A stretch of 16,680 nt of DNA from NCBI GenBank assembly GCA_043819795.1, contig JBDREN010000237.1:1-16680 (forward strand). The letters are read 5' to 3'. Source of the DNA: Elusimicrobiota bacterium (lineage in GTDB: Bacteria > Elusimicrobiota > Elusimicrobia > UBA1565). Numbering within the stretch: the stretch's first letter is position 1; each line of letters opens with the position of its first letter. Below, piece after piece: positions 12,670 through 16,680 of the stretch. The position numbers were made by a program, and so were the translations under genes. A model generated the notes under the pieces. That model did no database searches. It saw nothing but the letters and a program-made list of their open reading frames with translations, and was not told the origin of the DNA.

Positions 12670-14637
12670 TCAAAAGGAATACGAATAGCGCGTCGCCACG
12701 GTCAGCTCGCTGGCGTCCTGAGAGGTCTGGATCTTGTCCTGGATCTTGTTGTAGCCGAGACCCAAAGTCAGGCTCGAGCGCTGGCTCTGCGCCCAGGTGA
12801 ACTCGGAGTTGAGCGCCGTATCCTGCCTGTCGGCCGGAAACGCGGGCGAGGTGTTCTCGCTCTTGGTCAGCGTGGCCCAGAACTGAATGGTCCAGTCCGC
12901 GCTCAGGCGCTTGGCCAGGCTCGGCGAAACCGTCAGCGAGGTGCGCGTGGAGCCGTCGGCCTTGTCCTTGGTCTGCGACCGCGTTATCCCGAACGAGGCG
13001 TTGACGGCGCGCGGCAGAAAGAAGTTCGAGGAGAGCGCGACCGTGTTCGTGTCCAGGTCGTCGGCCAGCTTGTTGTTGTCGGTGAACCGGCTGTTCTGGA
13101 CGCTCAGCGACACGCTCTGGCGGCCGAAGCTGTGCGCGACCCCGAAGCCGGCGGTCGTGGTCTGGTTGTCGAGCGCGGTCGCGGGCTTGCCCTTGGCCGT
13201 GTTCAGCGAGAGCGAGAGGCTCAGGCTCGTCGCGGCCGGGAGCTGGAACGCGTGGCTCGTGGCGATGTACCGCTGCGTGGTCGTGACCTTGGCCGGGTCG
13301 TTGTCGAGGTTGTCAATATACTGGTTCAGCGACAATGAGAGGGTGTACCAGGAGGCCGGGAACAAGCCCAGCGACCCGTTGTACGTCATGCGGTCGCCGA
13401 CGACCGCCGGCGAGCCGAAAGCGACGAAGTCCGACCCGGCCCGCTGCAGGTACGTCCGAAGCTTGAAGATCTTGCGCTCCCACCGGAACTCGCCCTTGTA
13501 CGCCGTGTCCTTGACCCCGGGCTGGCTCGTGTCGGCATAGTACGTGTTGAGCTGGTAGTCCACCAGCACCTTCATGCGCGGCCGCGGGTCCCACGAGAGC
13601 CCGAGGCCGTAGCCGCCGTTCTTCTGGGGAACGAGGGTCGGCCCGCGGAAGTTGGCCGAGTCGGGATCGGTGTTGAGCGACCCGCTCTCATCGGCGCTCA
13701 GGAAGTAGTTGACCGAGAGCTTGACGTTGGCCGGCAAGCTCCTGGCGCACTCCGCCGCGTAGAGCGTCCGGGCGAAGCGGCCGTTGGCCGTCTGCGTGCC
13801 CGGCTGGGACTCGATCGTCTGCCCGCCGAGCACGGACCATTCCCAGGGCCCCTTCTTCTGCTCGAGCCATACGCCCCGCATCCCCTGGCCGTTGAGCGAG
13901 AGCTCGCTCAAAGTCGGGGAGATGTCCCCCCCGTAGACCGTGCCCCAGGGCGCGTAGTAGGTGAAGAGGAGGATGAAGGGGTCGAAGACGTCGCCGGGCT
14001 CGTGCAGGATGTAGGCGTTGAACAGATACGAGGAGTCCTTGATCTTGCCGACCGTGTTGAACGTCGTGGCGCCCGAGTGCTCGCTCCAGGCGTCGCCGCT
14101 CGCGTTCTTGTAGGAGACCGTCACGTTGCCCTCGACGCGGTAGTCCACGGGCTTGGGCGGCTCGGGGATCGGCTTGGCGAGGATCTGGAACGGCTTGAAA
14201 TCGGAGTCCACCAGCGTCTGGCCGTCCTTGATGAGGAGGACGCGGTAAAGCCGCCGCCCGACCATCGTCGCGGGGACGCGGAAGGGAAGCGAGATCGACG
14301 CCACGCCCCCCGGAGCCACGCTGTCGCGCGGGGAGACCTGGTCGGTCCTCCCCACGAGCTTCTCTTCGATCTCGTAGACATACGCGACCCAGTAGTAGCT
14401 GCCGGCCGCCCACGCCTGCGCCCCGGTGTTCACGACCAGAGCCTGCAGCGCGACCGTGTCCCCGGCGTGGACGGGATCCGGCGCGGGGAGCGTGAACTGA
14501 AGGCTCGCCGAGTCGGCGGCGCGGGCGGGCGCCGGAACCGCCAAGCCGATAGCGAGCGCGCACAGGCAAGCCGACATCCGGGGACGGGCCCCTGGTGTCG
14601 ACTTGCCGCGGGCGTCGGTGGCGTGGCTGTCGCGCAT
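12670..14637 (-). CDS. Putative outer-membrane beta-barrel protein with N-terminal Ig-like domain
   Basis: Signal peptide (ACLCALAIGLAVPAPARA; alternative start ATG 14577). Ig-like N-domain (VHAGDTVALQALVVNTGAQAW...VAPGGVASISLPF). Pro linker PIPEPPKP. Then ~490 aa of alternating amphipathic strands rich in S/T/N/Y/G, ending in the beta-signal-like VATRYSYSF. Confidence 0.78.
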   Translation of the reverse strand: MRDSHATDARGKSTPGARPRMSACLCALAIGLAVPAPARAADSASLQFTLPAPDPVHAGDTVALQALVVNTGAQAWAAGSYYWVAYVYEIEEKLVGRTDQVSPRDSVAPGGVASISLPFRVPATMVGRRLYRVLLIKDGQTLVDSDFKPFQILAKPIPEPPKPVDYRVEGNVTVSYKNASGDAWSEHSGATTFNTVGKIKDSSYLFNAYILHEPGDVFDPFILLFTYYAPWGTVYGGDISPTLSELSLNGQGMRGVWLEQKKGPWEWSVLGGQTIESQPGTQTANGRFARTLYAAECARSLPANVKLSVNYFLSADESGSLNTDPDSANFRGPTLVPQKNGGYGLGLSWDPRPRMKVLVDYQLNTYYADTSQPGVKDTAYKGEFRWERKIFKLRTYLQRAGSDFVAFGSPAVVGDRMTYNGSLGLFPASWYTLSLSLNQYIDNLDNDPAKVTTTQRYIATSHAFQLPAATSLSLSLSLNTAKGKPATALDNQTTTAGFGVAHSFGRQSVSLSVQNSRFTDNNKLADDLDTNTVALSSNFFLPRAVNASFGITRSQTKDKADGSTRTSLTVSPSLAKRLSADWTIQFWATLTKSENTSPAFPADRQDTALNSEFTWAQSQRSSLTLGLGYNKIQDKIQTSQDASELTVATRYSYSF

Positions 14638-14698
14638 GGTGTCTTGACGGTCTTGGACCTTCGAGGGAATCCCCGCGGGAGCCCTCCGAAAAGCCGCT

Positions 14699-15484
14699 CT
14701 ATTTTTTCTTCTTGAGCCTCAGGTTGAGCTCCTTCTCCTCGCCGCCTTTCCCCTTGTACTTGAGCTTGAGCATGCGGGTCCGCCCGGACTCCTCGTGCAG
14801 CCGCTTGAGCTTCTTGTCCACGTCCTTGGGGGAGAGAGCGTCCTGCCAGCTCCCGTACTCCCCCGCCTCGAGCTTCCGCGCCGGCTGAGGCGCCTGGCCG
14901 GCCCCGGCCACCTGCGTGGTCATCCCGGCCTGCAGCGACTGCCGCCCGTGGTCGTTGGAGACGTCCACGTGGCCTTCGTAGACTTTGACCGTCATCCTTT
15001 CCTGTATGTCCACGTCCGCCTCCGTCCCGCGGACCGAGGCGACCGCCAGCGGCGTCCTGACCTGCATCCCGGCCCGGCCATGCAGGAGCCGGGTCCATAT
15101 CTGGCCGGCCCGCGAGAACACGCTGGTCGCGCTGCGGCCGCCCCCCGACTCGACGAGGAACTCGGAGCTCTCGTTGATGCGCATTTCGGCCCCGCCGATG
15201 AAGGCGATGGCCGCCCGCTCGCCCGCGCCCGTCTTCACGAGGTCCCCGTCGTAGACGAACTTATTGAGCTTCAGGCGCCTGAACTTACCCTCGCCCCCGC
15301 GCCGGACCATGGGCTTGCCCTTCACGTCGATGACGACCCCGGCCACGATGTCGCCCTTGGACGCCGCGGCCGCCGGCGCGGGCGCCGCCGCCGAGGCCGA
15401 CAAAACGGCCAGCGCCGCCAGGACGGCCAAGGCGCACGGGCTCCGCCGCGCCCCGGCCGGAACGCTTCCTCTCGTGTTCGTCAT
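14699..15484 (-). CDS. Exported FecR-domain protein with Lys-rich C-terminus (paralog 1)
   Basis: ATG 15484 overlaps the upstream TGA (ATGA) and has SD GGGAGG. Signal peptide (CALAVLAALAVLSASAAA). Motifs VYDGDLVKTG, EMRINESS, VRTPLAVASVRGTE and VKVYEGHVDV. Confidence 0.85.
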   Translation of the reverse strand: MTNTRGSVPAGARRSPCALAVLAALAVLSASAAAPAPAAAASKGDIVAGVVIDVKGKPMVRRGGEGKFRRLKLNKFVYDGDLVKTGAGERAAIAFIGGAEMRINESSEFLVESGGGRSATSVFSRAGQIWTRLLHGRAGMQVRTPLAVASVRGTEADVDIQERMTVKVYEGHVDVSNDHGRQSLQAGMTTQVAGAGQAPQPARKLEAGEYGSWQDALSPKDVDKKLKRLHEESGRTRMLKLKYKGKGGEEKELNLRLKKKK

Positions 15485-16680
15485 GGCGTCTTCCTCCCGA
15501 TGCGTTTGAATTCGACGGCCAGCTCCGTGGCCGGGATGACTCTCAGGCGATAGGGCGCTTTCCCGCGCGCGGCCTCCCGCTTCCCCCCGGGCGCGCCGCG
15601 CACGACCAGGCGGTAGCGGACGACCAGCCCCTCCTGGGTCTCGTGGATCTTCTGTATCTCGACTTGCTCCGCCCCGTCGCCGCTGCCGGCGATGACGCCG
15701 ACCACCATGAACGTGCGGAAATCCACATCCGGCACCTTCCGGTCGCTGATCTGGCGCCAGAGGCGCCTGAACTGCTTGGGCGTGTAAACCTTGACCTCCG
15801 TCACCAGCTTCGAGACCGGGTCCGTGAACCCGCTCCACTCGAGCCTGGACTCGGGCCCCTTCGCGGGCGGAGCCTCCAGGACCGGGGGCGGGGGCGCCAG
15901 GGCATAGACCACCGGCTCGGCTCCGGGCTCCGGAGTCGTCAGCGCCACCTCCACGTTGCCCTTGCGCAGCTCGGCGAGCAGCTCCTCGAGCTCGCCCGCC
16001 GTCAGCGGCGGCTCGATGCCGGCGATCTCGTACTCGTCGAAGCCGAGGCCCTGCTCCTCGAGGACCTCCTTGACGCCCTCCCAGGCCTCCTCCTCGGTCA
16101 GCTCATCGGGCGGCTCCGGGGGCGCGGCGACCGCGACCGGCAGGCCGGGGGCCAGCGGGTAGATCACCGGCGAGGATCCGGGCTCCGGAGTCGTCAGCGC
16201 CACCTCCACGTTGCCCTTGCGCAGCTCGGCGAGCAGCTCTTCGAGCTCGCCCGCCGTCATCGGCGGCTCGATATCGGCGATCTCGTACTCGTCGAAGCCG
16301 AGGCCCTGCTCCTTGAGGGCCTCGCGGACCTCTTCCCAAGCCTCCTCCTCGGGCAGGGCGTCGGCCACAACGGGAACGGGCATCGGCCTCACATCGGGCA
16401 CCAGCACGTAGACCGGCGGCGGGCCCCCGGGCTCCGGACCCGTGAACGTCACGTCCACCCGGCCGTCCCGCAGCTCGGCGAGCAGATGCTCGAGCTCCTC
16501 GCGCGTCAGGCCGCGGTCCAAGCCCTCGAGCTCGTAGTCGTCGAGCTCGAGCCCCTGCTCCTTGAGGGCCTTGCCGATGTCCTCCCAGAGCTCCTCTCGA
16601 TCCATCTCTTCCAGCGGCGGACCGGGGGGCGCGGCCACCGGCGGGCCCGCCGGAGGCGGGGCGCCGGGCGCCGGCGGGGC
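15481..16680 (-). CDS. Pro-rich, acidic-repeat protein with C-terminal PrcB-like domain, 5'-truncated by the window
   Basis: The frame stays open to the window edge (APPAPGAPPPAGPPV...). Three Glu-rich repeats. The C-terminal FRRLWRQI...VPDVDFRTFMVVGVIAG...VEIQKI...LVVRYR...APYRLRVIP resembles the PrcB C-terminal family. Confidence 0.72.
   Translation of the reverse strand, partial: APPAPGAPPPAGPPVAAPPGPPLEEMDREELWEDIGKALKEQGLELDDYELEGLDRGLTREELEHLLAELRDGRVDVTFTGPEPGGPPPVYVLVPDVRPMPVPVVADALPEEEAWEEVREALKEQGLGFDEYEIADIEPPMTAGELEELLAELRKGNVEVALTTPEPGSSPVIYPLAPGLPVAVAAPPEPPDELTEEEAWEGVKEVLEEQGLGFDEYEIAGIEPPLTAGELEELLAELRKGNVEVALTTPEPGAEPVVYALAPPPPVLEAPPAKGPESRLEWSGFTDPVSKLVTEVKVYTPKQFRRLWRQISDRKVPDVDFRTFMVVGVIAGSGDGAEQVEIQKIHETQEGLVVRYRLVVRGAPGGKREAARGKAPYRLRVIPATELAVEFKRIGRKTP
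15895..16610 (-). repeat. Three intragenic acidic repeats of ~83-85 aa
   Basis: Unit EEAWEE(V/I)xxxLxEQGLxxDxYE...TxxELExLLAELRxGxVxVxxTxPEPGxxPxxY. Periods are 255 nt (15941 vs 16196) and ~249 nt. The last two copies are near-identical in DNA. Confidence 0.9.

Noticed and set aside
14660..14691. Imperfect hairpin between the FecR and barrel genes as a terminator
   Set aside because: The stem is interrupted by mismatches and has no U-tract on the coding strand; too weak to call.
15485..15838. N-terminal extension of the FecR ORF 14699..15838
   Set aside because: It overlaps the upstream gene. ATG 15484 has an SD, an ATGA overlap and a following signal peptide.
1..16680. Taxonomic assignment (gene style is reminiscent of high-GC Elusimicrobiota or similar uncultured diderms)
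   Set aside because: There is no marker gene in the window; this is an impression only and needs a homology search.

Overview
A GC-rich (roughly 70% by eye) window from a diderm bacterium, containing almost only cell-envelope genes. Left to right: (1) the 3' part of a giant repetitive secreted protein (two alternating ~100-aa Cys-containing repeat types, two LamG-like domains, an Ig-like domain, a PKD domain and a helical C-terminal domain); (2) an exported SLT-family lytic transglycosylase; (3) a flavin reductase-like gene preceded by a perfect 42-bp palindrome; (4) a convergent YgjP/M48-type metallopeptidase; (5) a five-gene + strand operon; (6) a convergent - strand cluster encoding an acidic-repeat/PrcB-like protein, two paralogous FecR-domain proteins, an Ig + beta-barrel outer-membrane protein and a HEAT-repeat protein. 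The five-gene operon (6719-11446) is the most striking part. It encodes an apparent single-chain rotor (signal peptide, FliF-ring-like periplasmic domain, TM helix, FliG middle and C-terminal domains), one MotA, two different MotB proteins and an exported TPR protein, with no other flagellar or chemotaxis genes in the window. The FliG part has lost the FliM-binding EHPQ motif. This looks like a minimal, possibly non-switching and flagellum-independent, ion-driven rotary motor. All domain calls are by-eye motif recognition, not database hits.
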